A stretch of DNA of 64,000 nucleotides from contig CH464491.1 of NCBI GenBank assembly GCA_000002445.1, forward strand, positions 4,384,001-4,448,000, in the 5' to 3' direction. Below are positions 13,247-23,950 of this stretch, piece by piece. The notes under the pieces are model-generated. The model worked only from the letters and a program-made list of their open reading frames with translations, searched no databases and was not told the origin of the DNA. This DNA comes from Trypanosoma brucei. Lineage: Eukaryota. Position 1 is the stretch's first letter; every line of letters starts with the position of its first letter. The translations under genes and the position numbers were made by a program.

Positions 13247-13582
13247 TTCCATCCGAGCTCCACTTTTACTTGGTATTTGATACCCTTCCCCCTTTTAATT
13301 TTTTTTTGAGGTTCTTCTCTACATCAGATCCCACAGCAATCTTCAACTGCAGAATTGACACCCACCCCAACTCGACGACCGCACGATTTAAGACGAAACA
13401 GAACACAGATAGAAGAATAGTAACACGAAAAAGGTAAAAAAAAAAAAAGAAGTGGAAACAATTATTTTCCTTTTGAAAGAAAAAAAAACAGGAACCTGAC
13501 GACATTAATGAAAACAATCAAACAGAACCTCACGCACCACAATAATTCATTGCGTGACCACACCATTAAATTGTTCCCGTCA

Positions 13583-14287
13583 TCACGATGACTGACCTGG
13601 CATTGGTTTGTACCCCGTTTGCGCCACAGGTGTCATGGCCTGCTGGCCGAGTCGCAGGTTCACATCGGTTACTCCAAGAGGAGCGCCTCCCTGGCGGCCA
13701 GACCGATTCTCTGCTGAATGCTGCGCAGCTTCACCCATAAGTCGCTCCTGCTCCTCTCGAGTTACCTCCCGCGTGGCAGTTCGCGTAAACATCATGCTGC
13801 TACGTTGTGTGATCATGAGCCGCCGTACGTGAAAAGAAAGGTTACCTTCATGTTCATCTGCGGCCAATACGCGGGAAATAAACCACTGTTGAACAACTAT
13901 ATACGGGATAGTTGAAGCTGCCAACCCAAACATGACCTGACCAACAGTCGATATGTTACGAATGAGCCATGAGGGTTTCTCTTCCCGCCCCTTGCCGCCA
14001 ATGGGTGTCAGCGCACGTCTCACGCGATGCCATGCAAATCGTGAGCTCACTTTGTAGCCAACAAAAAAAGCAAGCGGCATGCCAACAAGGGTCCCCAGCA
14101 TTCCCTGCCAAACGAGTTGTTTCTCTGGCGGAGTCAAATTCTCCTCGTAGTTCTGAAGAAACTTTATCAGGTCAGTACGAGTGTAGGGTTTCGTCTTCTC
14201 GTCGAAATTCATCATCGCCATGCCGGCGGTAACTGTGCCCAGTTCCCGCACACCTCCCCCTCCACCGCTGCTGTCACCTGAAGACAT
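13583..14287 (-). CDS. Hypothetical transmembrane protein, 234 aa
   Basis: Clean ORF with balanced composition flanked by low-complexity DNA. Two predicted TM helices (GMLGTLVGMPLAFFVGY; VMFGLAASTIPYIVVQQWFI). No family recognised. Confidence 0.5.
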   Translation of the reverse strand: MSSGDSSGGGGGVRELGTVTAGMAMMNFDEKTKPYTRTDLIKFLQNYEENLTPPEKQLVWQGMLGTLVGMPLAFFVGYKVSSRFAWHRVRRALTPIGGKGREEKPSWLIRNISTVGQVMFGLAASTIPYIVVQQWFISRVLAADEHEGNLSFHVRRLMITQRSSMMFTRTATREVTREEQERLMGEAAQHSAENRSGRQGGAPLGVTDVNLRLGQQAMTPVAQTGYKPMPGQSS

Positions 14288-15276
14288 GAAAAGGCCAGTT
14301 GAAACCGAGGTTGATGCACTTTCTGCACTAATATAAGCGGTTTAAAAGAGTGGATAGAAGGTAAGTATGCGTACATGTATAAAGTTGTATCATGGAATGT
14401 AAGACAGCAAGGAAACAAACTCCGCACAACGCCGCGGTAAGTCACACCTATTCGTGTTCCCTTCCTCGCCTGCGACTATCGAAGTGAAAAACCTACGCCC
14501 CCACACACGCGCATTCTATCGGTATTGCCCTTTTGCTATCCACTCCGTACCTTTACCACGACAAATTCTTCTTCATTATCTACGTAGAGGTTCTGAGTGG
14601 TCCGAACGAAATTTTTTAAAAAAATGGGCTCCACCATCCCCTTTCACAGGGCGACGAACGAGGGCAGGGGGCATGTGCCAACGGCAGGGGCGACGCGAAA
14701 AGGGTTGAAAATGGAGTCGTACCTTTTCTACCCTTTCTCACCCCTCCTCCCTGCTCTTTTGTCTTTTTTTTTTCTTCTTTTTCCTTCTGTCACGTAGAAG
14801 ACGGCACACATTAAGACCATATGAGAATCTTGCATTCACTTTGATGATGTTGTTGTTGTTTTTTTTAAAAAAATAATACCTCTTCCTACTGTCCTCCTCT
14901 TCATTTTGTTCTTAATTCGATGGAAATAACAAACAAGATCCACCTTTCATTCCTTTTCTTTTTTCTTTTTACTCTTAACGAATAATTGTTTATCTCGACC
15001 ACAACCCTCATCTCCAATATAATTTACCCTAACCCCTCCCTCTCACGCACATCGGTACGTCCATACTCATATTTTCTTTCCGCACTATACTCCTCTGTCA
15101 CGCGGAGGACACCAACGTTGTCTTACGCCTCCCTCCAATTCTCCTCTTTATAATGCGGTGGAAACAGGATATTTCTCCTCTCTTCGTATGTATCTTACGC
15201 GACTAAGTGTGGAGGGTGCACCTACATATAAATATATATTTATATATATGCATGTGCGCGACGAAGTTAGACTTCA

Positions 15277-16935
15277 TTAACGGCGTCCCTCCTCCTCTTC
15301 CTCAGGGTTAAGGCGAACACAGTCATCAATGCGAATGATGGTGATGGCTGCCTCCGTGGCGAACTGCAATGACTTCACTTTGCTGGGTTGTGGCTCGAGC
15401 ACGCCGGCCTCGACGTTATTGCGAGCCGTCCCTTCAACGAGGTCAAGACCGCAGAAGCGGGAAGCGCTCCCCGCATTGCCACCTTTCGCCCCCTCCCTCT
15501 GAGCCTCATTGTGAATGACACGCAGCCGTGACACCAACTCTGTAGCGTCCATTGCAGCGTTGAGGGCTAATGTCTTGGGAATAACCAACAGCGCCTCTGC
15601 AAAGGCTGCTACTGCCAGTTGTTCCCTTGAGCCGAGTGTAAAGGCAAAGTTCTCCAGATAGACAGACAGCGCCGCCTCTACCGCCCCACCGCCAGCCACC
15701 ACCAGACTCGCCTCTAGAGTCCGGGCAACTGCCCAAAGGGCGTCATTCAAAGCGCGCTCCATCTCTTCAAGGACAAAGTAGTTTGCACCACGGCATACTA
15801 TGGTTGCGCAAACGGAGTTGCTCGTACCGGAGATGATGATAACATCATCCTCACCGAAGCGTTCCTCATATACGCGGTCCGCTTGGCCGAGCCACTTGGA
15901 TTCGAATACTTCCTCACCTTCGAGGTCGGACATCGTGTGCACGATCTGCGCACCGGTAGCCTTTGCAATGCGGCGCATATCCTCCTTCTTAACACGACGC
16001 ACACCGAGAATACCTTCATCCACCATGTACTTCATCATGCTGTCTTCAATACCCCACGAGGTAAGAATGACGTTTGCACCGGCGGCGATCATCTTCTTTA
16101 TGCGCTCCTTCGTGATGTCGAGCTCCCGCTGACGGATGGCCTCAGCCTTCGTGGGGTCTGTAATGGTGATATTCATACTTAACTTCATCTTCACAGCGCG
16201 TAAGTCGAAGTCAATGAGTGCAATCTTGGCATTCTGAACCGATGTCGGCATCCCTTGTGCGGCGCGGGAGAGACCCAACGCGAAGCCTTGCAGGAGCATC
16301 GATTCACGCGAACTCTTGCCGTGCTGAAGCAAGATGCTCACAGCCTTCCGCGGGTACACAACATCCCCCAAGTCATTCACAGTCTTCACGGACTGAATAG
16401 CATCCACCACAATTTTCGCGAAGAGCTCGGCATCGGCGCTGAGGATCTTACTGCTCATGGATGTGCGGGCGATGTTCAGCAGCACTTCCTTGCCAAGCGC
16501 ATTCACAGAGACACTTAAGCTATCCTTCAAGTACCGCAAGGCCTCACGAAGAGCCAACTTATAACCTGCAATAATGCTGGTGGCGTGGATACCCTGAACA
16601 ATGAGGTCCTGAGCCCGCTTAAGCAACTCGGCGGCGAGGATAACAACAGAAGTGGTACCGTCACCGACCTCTTTGTCCTGCAACTGCGCGAGATCCACGA
16701 GCAGGCGGGCGGCGGGGTGCTCAACGTCTAAGCTTTTCAGTATTGTGGCTCCGTCATTTGTAACACACACGTCGCCAACATCATCCACAAGCATCTTGTC
16801 GAGCCCAACAGGACCCAGAGATGATTTGACAACGTTCGCCACGGCAGCTGTGGCCGTTACATTCTCCCGTCGTACTGCCAATCCACTCGTCCGGAAACCG
16901 TTAATTCCAAGCGCGGCCTTCTGCTTGGTTTGCAT
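15277..16935 (-). CDS. TCP1: T-complex protein 1 (CCT chaperonin) alpha subunit, 552 aa
   Basis: Near-colinear match to remembered TCP-1 alpha sequence. Shared motifs: ANVVKSSLGPVGLDKMLVDD, VTNDGATILKSLDVEHPAA, LQDKEVGDGTTSVVILAAELLK and GGGA apical/equatorial motifs. Confidence 0.95.
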   Translation of the reverse strand: MQTKQKAALGINGFRTSGLAVRRENVTATAAVANVVKSSLGPVGLDKMLVDDVGDVCVTNDGATILKSLDVEHPAARLLVDLAQLQDKEVGDGTTSVVILAAELLKRAQDLIVQGIHATSIIAGYKLALREALRYLKDSLSVSVNALGKEVLLNIARTSMSSKILSADAELFAKIVVDAIQSVKTVNDLGDVVYPRKAVSILLQHGKSSRESMLLQGFALGLSRAAQGMPTSVQNAKIALIDFDLRAVKMKLSMNITITDPTKAEAIRQRELDITKERIKKMIAAGANVILTSWGIEDSMMKYMVDEGILGVRRVKKEDMRRIAKATGAQIVHTMSDLEGEEVFESKWLGQADRVYEERFGEDDVIIISGTSNSVCATIVCRGANYFVLEEMERALNDALWAVARTLEASLVVAGGGAVEAALSVYLENFAFTLGSREQLAVAAFAEALLVIPKTLALNAAMDATELVSRLRVIHNEAQREGAKGGNAGSASRFCGLDLVEGTARNNVEAGVLEPQPSKVKSLQFATEAAITIIRIDDCVRLNPEEEEEGRR

Positions 16936-17001
16936 TTGCGTTTAATTAAGTATTAGCAGGTAAACTTCCGTTAAGGTAATTTGTGAAATGTACAGGCGAC
17001 A

Positions 17002-17075
17002 AAATGAGGGGGGTAAAAAAAAAAAAAGAAGGAAAACATGAAAACGATTAGAGCGAAAAGGATGGGTAGGAGACA
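17002..17075 (-). promoter_or_regulatory. Candidate polypyrimidine tract for trans-splicing of TCP-1 alpha mRNA
   Basis: The + strand purine-rich stretch (gaggggggtaaaaaaaaaaaaagaaggaaaacatgaaaacg...) is 70-140 nt upstream of the ATG at 16935. Confidence 0.4.
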
Positions 17076-18660
17076 CGATAACGATTGCCGGTCCACAAGA
17101 GGAGAGTGAAAAAAAGGGGGGGAAATATGAATGACCATAAGAGAAGTAACAACAACTAGTGCAACACATGACACCGTTTCTAAAAAGCGACAAAAGAAAC
17201 GTATCGGTTAAATCGTAACCGAGGCATATCGGAATTGAAATCATCACCAATGCAACAACGTAAGTTCCGTGTAGCGTTGCAAGCACCCTTCATCTTGACA
17301 TGGCAGGAGCTGAAGAGGACCATCAGCTTATAGGCAAATCAACTAACTGCGAGACAAACAAATAAATTATAAAAAGCCGAGACGAGGATGAAAGGTTGTG
17401 AAGTCGACATATGAAAAAAAAAAAGAAGACTGATGCGCTCGAACGGTCACTCAAGTTACCGCTACGCAAATTATAACACACATATACATCTATCTATCTA
17501 TATATATATATATATATATCTGTAATCGACCTTACTGACCCATTAATGTTCTACTACTCCATGTATGCCAACCTACCTTCACAAAAAAAAAAGTGAGTGA
17601 GTGAGTGAGAAAAGGGAATAAAGTGAACCTTTCGCTGTTTAAGGAAAGAAGGGGAAAATATAAGTCAAAAAAACAAAACAAAACACAAAGAAGGGAAAAT
17701 CCAACAGCACAGCGCACGTGTAGAAGCACCGCCACGTTGTTCTGCTTCAACAGAGACCATGGCCCGATATCCCATCCACACCCAGTCGCAATGCGGAACA
17801 TTATTCCGTCATGTAAGTTAAATTCAATTTCAATTTCATATGCACTTCACCTCGCGCACTCTACAAAATGTTGAAGGGTACAGGAGGGTAAAAAAAAAAA
17901 AAAGAGAAAATAAAACAAAATAAACTAATAACTAGCCAAAACCCCCTAGCACATCTGCGCAGCAAATATTTGCATAACTGAGTAAACATACGTGCAAAAA
18001 TAGGCATGGGTCGCTCATTCTCACCTCGTCATATTACAGTCACGATTACGTTCACTCTACTACTCTTTTTTTTTTTCGACAGTACATTTGGCATACCCGC
18101 TTCTCCTCCTGAAACTTCCCCTTTTTATCATCTCCCATCTTTCGGGCGCCCGTACATCCCGCACTGTCATCATATTTTCATTATTTTTTCTCCCCCACCC
18201 CCCACGCTCCAATGCCTACTATACAACATTTACTCTTTCTTATTCTTCTTCCTTTTTTTTTTCCTCCCCTTTTGTTTCCTTTGCTTTCGCTATTAATATA
18301 TCCCCGCGTAATGATGTGTTAATGGAACACAACACGCCGCTCATACGGTCCCTACCTCTTCTCTTGAAAAATACTTTTTTTAGTACCATGGTATGAATTT
18401 AAATATACAAATGCACAACACATCAGTGGTGGGAACACAAAACATGAGTAGGGAGAAGGGAAGAAAACAGAAAGGGAAAGAGAAAAGATAGTTTTAATTG
18501 CGCCCGCGAAGAGCACATTTTGGATGTTGTTGTTGTTGTTGTTGCTGCCTATCACTTCTTTTTTTTTTTCCCTCCCCCTCTTTTCTTCTTATCCTTTATG
18601 ACTTCACCTCATGTTTCACATACTCACAAGCATACATCACCATAGCATGGGAAGGAGGGA

Positions 18661-19503
18661 TCACTTTGGTGGTGGTGCTTCACTTTCAACACTAGATTGA
18701 AGACGCTCAAATTCTTCCTCCCTTTCCAGTAATCCCTTAAAGTACCGTACCGTTTTTACCTTCAGCTCCAGTGTGGCATCTTCATCTACGCAAAGCACAG
18801 CTGCGGGATGAAGTTGCAAGGCGGTGATGGGATGTGCATGCGTTACGCTGCCTTCCACACAATGGGCTACAGGCACAGCTTTTCCTGCTCCTGTCGCTAC
18901 AACCACAACATTCCTTGCATTCATTACCGTACGAATACCAACAGTTAAGGCCATCGTCGGCACCTTTCGGATATCATTATCGAAGAACCGAGCGTTGGAA
19001 GTAATTGTCTCCTGATTGAGAGACTTAACACGTGTGAGGCTTTCCAAACTGCTGCCAGGTTCATTGAAAGCCAAATGGCCATCAGTGCCTACACCCGCGA
19101 GAAAAAGTTCCACGCCACCTACAGCCGCAATTTTCTCCTCATACATGCGACACTCTGCCACCAAATCAGCGGCTGTCCCATTTAAAAGGTTGCGGTTCTG
19201 TTCGGGAATATCCACATGATCAAAGAAGTTATGTTTCATAAAATAGTAATAACTCTGCGGATGGTCACGGGGGAGACCGACGTATTCATCCATGTTGAAA
19301 GTTACCACGTTACGAAAAGAAATGCGGCCATCGCGGTACGCCTTCACGAGCCGCTGGTATGTTTTCAGTGGAGAACTACCGGTCGGAAGACCAATAACAA
19401 ACGGCCTCTCGCTGGAGGGACCAAAATCAATTATCTTCTTAATGATGTATTCCGAGACGTAATCCGCGACGGCTTCATCATCGGGGGAAATGACGATACG
19501 CAT
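18661..19503 (-). CDS. GNPDA: Glucosamine-6-phosphate deaminase/isomerase, 280 aa
   Basis: Matches NagB/GNPDA along its whole length: MRIVISPDDEAV, GLPTGSSPL, VVTFNMDEYVGLP, GVGTDGHLAFNEPGSSL, ALTVGIRTVMNA, LQLHP, MELKVKTVRYF. Confidence 0.95.
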   Translation of the reverse strand: MRIVISPDDEAVADYVSEYIIKKIIDFGPSSERPFVIGLPTGSSPLKTYQRLVKAYRDGRISFRNVVTFNMDEYVGLPRDHPQSYYYFMKHNFFDHVDIPEQNRNLLNGTAADLVAECRMYEEKIAAVGGVELFLAGVGTDGHLAFNEPGSSLESLTRVKSLNQETITSNARFFDNDIRKVPTMALTVGIRTVMNARNVVVVATGAGKAVPVAHCVEGSVTHAHPITALQLHPAAVLCVDEDATLELKVKTVRYFKGLLEREEEFERLQSSVESEAPPPK

Positions 19504-20906
19504 GAATTACGTAATTGCTGTTGATGCTTCCTAATCCAAAAATGATCAATTATGTTCCTTGTATTCGTATATATATATATATATATATATATTTCCTCCC
19601 CTCTCAGCTCCCTACAGACACACAAAACACACAAACTTTGTGGCTGTAACAAATGGCAGTTGATTGTTGTTATGATTCTTATATTCCCTTTTCTCCTTCA
19701 GTTGTGCACTCCCTTTTCACTGTGCCTAGGTAATATTCCATATGTAAAACAAAATAAAGGAAACACACAGTGGGCAAAAAATGATGCACACGGAAGGAAA
19801 GAAACCAAAATAGGAGGTAAGGCAATAAAGAAGAAAAATTTTAAAAAAAAACGCAAACAAAAAAAGAAGAAGTAGAAACAGCAGGGAGAAAAAGAAAATG
19901 AGAATGAGAATGAGAACGCCGTGCAGATGGGGAAACAAAAAAAAAAGGAAGTCACTAAAGAATGAGACAGAGACGAGCAAATAAACAGAAAAAAAAACAC
20001 GAACATAAGCATAAGCATAAGCATGTGGTGCTCAAAGGAGGGGAATTCTTTTTTTTAATTTTTATTTATTTTCTTTCTTTCTTTCTTTCTCTCTCTTTCT
20101 TTTTGGGGAGTGAAGGAAACTCTGCTACAGCAGAAGTAGCGACAGTGAACCTCAGCAACAGGTTTAGTGGAGAGAAAAAATATATAAGTCGTAAATAAGG
20201 AAAGATTTAAAAAAAAGGAAAAAAAACAATCAAACGGACAAACACAATCCAGTTAATGTCTTTTTTTCTTTTTTTGTTGTTCTTTACTTTTCAGTCCTGA
20301 AAAGTAAAGTAAAAATAGAAAAATAAAAGGAAAATTAAAAAAAGAAAAAAAAGAAGCAGAGAACAGCAGGCGGTCAGGTACGCAGGCGGGATTAAGGAGG
20401 AGACATATATGAAAACAGAAAGTAAAAAAAAGAAAAAAGAAAAAAGAAAACACAGCATATCATATCATAGCACAGCACTAGTACGACCAAATAGAAGGAG
20501 TGATTTTTTTTTTTTGAAAAAAAAAAAAGAGGGGTGAATTAGTTTACAAAAATTAGAGGGATTGAAAAATGGGGAAAAAAAGAAATGGAGGAAGAGGACT
20601 GGTGGCGTAGAAGCAAAAAAAAAAAAGAGAGAGAGAGAGAGCAAAAAGAGGGGGAAAAAAAAGAGGTCACACAACAGCAACAACATAAAAAGAAAAAAAG
20701 AACACACAGGAAAACCATACACCGTTCCACGTGCGGTAGTGGTGCAAATCAAAAATTAAAAATGAAAAAAAAAAGAGAAAATAATAATCACAATAAGGTG
20801 TAATGACACAAGATAATTCAAAACCTTTAATGAAAAAAAAAAACGCAGAAGATAAATGAGTGGGAATGAGTCACACACGCGACAAATAAAGAAAGAACAC
20901 AAACAA

Positions 20907-20948
<42 letters not shown>
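20907..20948. repeat. (AC)7(AT)14 compound microsatellite
   Basis: Direct reading. Confidence 0.95.
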
Positions 20949-20953
<5 letters not shown>

Positions 20954-22746
20954 AACCCAAACAAAGGCCTAACAACTGAGCATACTACCACTTTCATTTC
21001 TCCTAATTTATTAATTTCTCTTAAAGTTAAACGCGATCTGTTTTTATTCATCCACTCATTAAAATTTTCTTATTAACACAGTTATTCACATTGCCACTAC
21101 ACACGCGTAGAAACATATATAAACACATGGCTTTCAGAAAATGTAAAATGTATGGCATTGCTTAAAAAAGCAAATGCCTCCTTTATCCATGCCTCCCCCC
21201 CCCCCTCAAGAAAAACAAAACAACATTCACCCCCATAACGACAGACACGTAAAAAAGAAATATATATATATATTTTTTTTTTGGAATTTTCTTTATCTTC
21301 TTTTTTTATTTTATATTGTGAAATAACGAGAAAAAGGAAAAAGAAAGGTATACAACAGGATTGGGGAACAGAAACAAAAAAAAAAAGAAAGAAAAAAAAA
21401 GAAAAAGAACAAAATATATTTTTGTACAGCGCAACAAAAAGGGGGTAACAAGGATGATAATAACATTCAATTTCATACAAACAAACAAACAAACAAATAC
21501 ATTTATTTATTTATTTTAGAGGGAATAATGAAATGAATGTACACCTGATAAATGAAAGATATCAGAGCCTTCGTCGTCCCTACGCACTGCTGAGTGCCTC
21601 TCTAATGTGCACAATAAATTAAATAACACACATACAAAAGTACCGGAAATATAATTTAGAAATAGTAAAAGAAAAGGGAAAAAAGGGAATGGAAAGAGAA
21701 AAGAAAAAGAAAGTAGAAAGCGATGTGGATCATTCGCCAAAACATTTTTATTTATATTTTTTATTTTTTATTTGTGTGTGTGTTTGTGTTTGTTTTCGCT
21801 TTATTCCTTTCTTTCTTGTGTACACGAAACTTCTCATTTCTTCCCCGATTCCATTACTTTTCAGTTTTAGTTTCTTCTCCATTTTTTTTTCCCCCTCCTC
21901 CTCCTCCTCCTCACCAAAACGCATTAAAACAAACGTCTCTTCACATTTTCTCTCCCCTTCTTCCATTTCTTTTCTTTTTTATTTCATTCCTTTTTCTTAT
22001 GCATGTGTTCGTGTTGTTTCTTTTTTTTTTTCTTTTTAAGGGGGGTTTGATGGGGTGAAATAAAACAAAGTAATATCAAATAAAGGAAAAAGTTAAAAAA
22101 CGACAAGGAAAAGAGGTAAATAAATCATGCAAATAAAACGAACCATTCAAACTACTAAAAAAAAAAAAAGAGAAAAAACAAACAACACGCACACATACAC
22201 ATACACATACACAAAAAAAAAAAGCCAAAAGGGGAAGCACGCATATGAGCTTTAGCAAAAAAAAAAAAAGAAAAAAGAGACACACAGATACACACAAACA
22301 GAACAAATTAAAACCAAAAGTAAAAGCAGAGGAACAAAACTTCCACCGGTACAAATGGTGGCAAAAGAAAAAAATGTGGGGCACACAAAAGTGCAGTTAA
22401 ATCGACGCCCGCAGAGAAGAACCAACGGTGAATATGAGCGATGGAGGTAAATATGGAAAAAGAAAAAAAAGAAGGGAGGGAAGGGAAGGGAAGGAAGGGG
22501 AGGAAGGAAAATAACAACACAAAACAAAAGGTAAAGGTTGTTACGAGATAAACAACGAAATTTATTTATTATTACTATTATTAAAAACAAAAAAAACAAA
22601 AAAAGTGGGAAAAAACAACACAAAAAGGTGCGTAAGCGCCCGACAGTAAGGAGTAAGAAAAAAAAATTATGAAGAAAGTAAAAATGAAGTGAAACCTTAC
22701 GAGCATGCGAGAAGATGTACACACAAACACAAACATAAACACTAAT

Positions 22747-22777
<31 letters not shown>

Positions 22778-23632
22778 TACTTTTGAAGGTCCGATGCATC
22801 ATGCTTCAAGCGGAACAACAAACCAAAGAGGAAAATAATAATAATAATAGCAATATAATAGCAATAAGTAATAGTAATAGTAATAATGACAGCACATGCA
22901 CTCATATATACATGCAAGTACACATAAGCACACATGCGTGCATATACACAAAACGGAAAAAGAAAAAAAAAGACATAACATAACATAACGTGCCACGTCA
23001 TCTTGTATATGCATTTGCATCTTTCTCTCTCGCTCTCAGCGTAAATATATGCATACTCATTTATGTGTTCACAGCAGCAGCTCTTAGTCCCATACGTACA
23101 CCTACACATGTAGGTCAGGTTGGTGTGCTGGCTGACTCATTACGTTATTGCTTACAAGCGTGCTTTTTAAACAAAACATGAACGCACCAGGGTAAACCCC
23201 TTAAAAAAGGAAAATATTACCAATCCAAATAATAAAAAAAAACATAAATGCACAACAGTGGGGACAAGTGCGGGTATATACATATGTATATATATACACT
23301 TACTTATAAAGAACCAAATGAACCCAAATTACCATACAATTCAGCATCCCACTCCGCATGGAACGCACATTATATTAAGGAAAGAAAAAGAAGTTTCATG
23401 TGAAAATGAACGTATTGGAACTTCAGCCCCTCAGGGCCCTCCACATTCGCCTCCCTATTCTTTATGTATCGCCTTCCTTCCTCAAATTCCTTTATTCCTT
23501 CATCCTCTTCTTTTGATTAGTTTAGCGCTGCTGCCCTTCCATCTTCTCATTCACGCCCCATCCTCTGATAGTTACATATTTACACCTCTTTTCCCACTCT
23601 TTACTCCTTTCATCAGGTGTTTTCTTTTTTCT

Positions 23633-23638
<6 letters not shown>

Positions 23639-23670
<32 letters not shown>
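23639..23670. repeat. (AT)16 microsatellite
   Basis: Direct reading. Confidence 0.95.
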
Positions 23671-23673
<3 letters not shown>

Positions 23674-23950
23674 TATTACCTCCCCCTACCCAATCCATAT
23701 CCTAGCGGTTGCCATGTTCATTCTATTCCACATTTCGTGCCTCTGCTTTTTTTTTCGTCTATCCTCTTGTTTTGTTTTGTTATTTTTTTGCTGTGCTTGT
23801 TTCTGTTCGTGTGGGGAAGGGGGAGGGGGGACTTTCACCGTTGTTTTCCCCTTCTCCCTTTAAAGAAAAAAAAAAATTAATTCCTTATACAACCGAGATG
23901 ATTTCTGGTGTCAACATCGCTTCTACTCCTGCATTCCACTTAGCCGCACC

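Larger units (their letters stand above)
19504..23950. repeat. 4.4-kb gene-free low-complexity interval (alternating poly-purine and poly-pyrimidine blocks, homopolymer A/T runs, several microsatellites)
   Basis: No ORF with coding-like composition on either strand. Listed ORFs translate to poly-F/L/K low-complexity peptides. Confidence 0.8.

Noticed and set aside
22252-23863. Large ORFs in the 19.5-24 kb gap (22252..23109 minus 285 aa; 23258..23863 plus 201 aa; 4141..4668 minus 175 aa; 33 kb-36 kb small ORFs)
   Set aside because: Translations are poly-F/L/C/K/Y low-complexity strings generated by T-runs, (TA)n and (GT)n tracts, with no coding-like composition.
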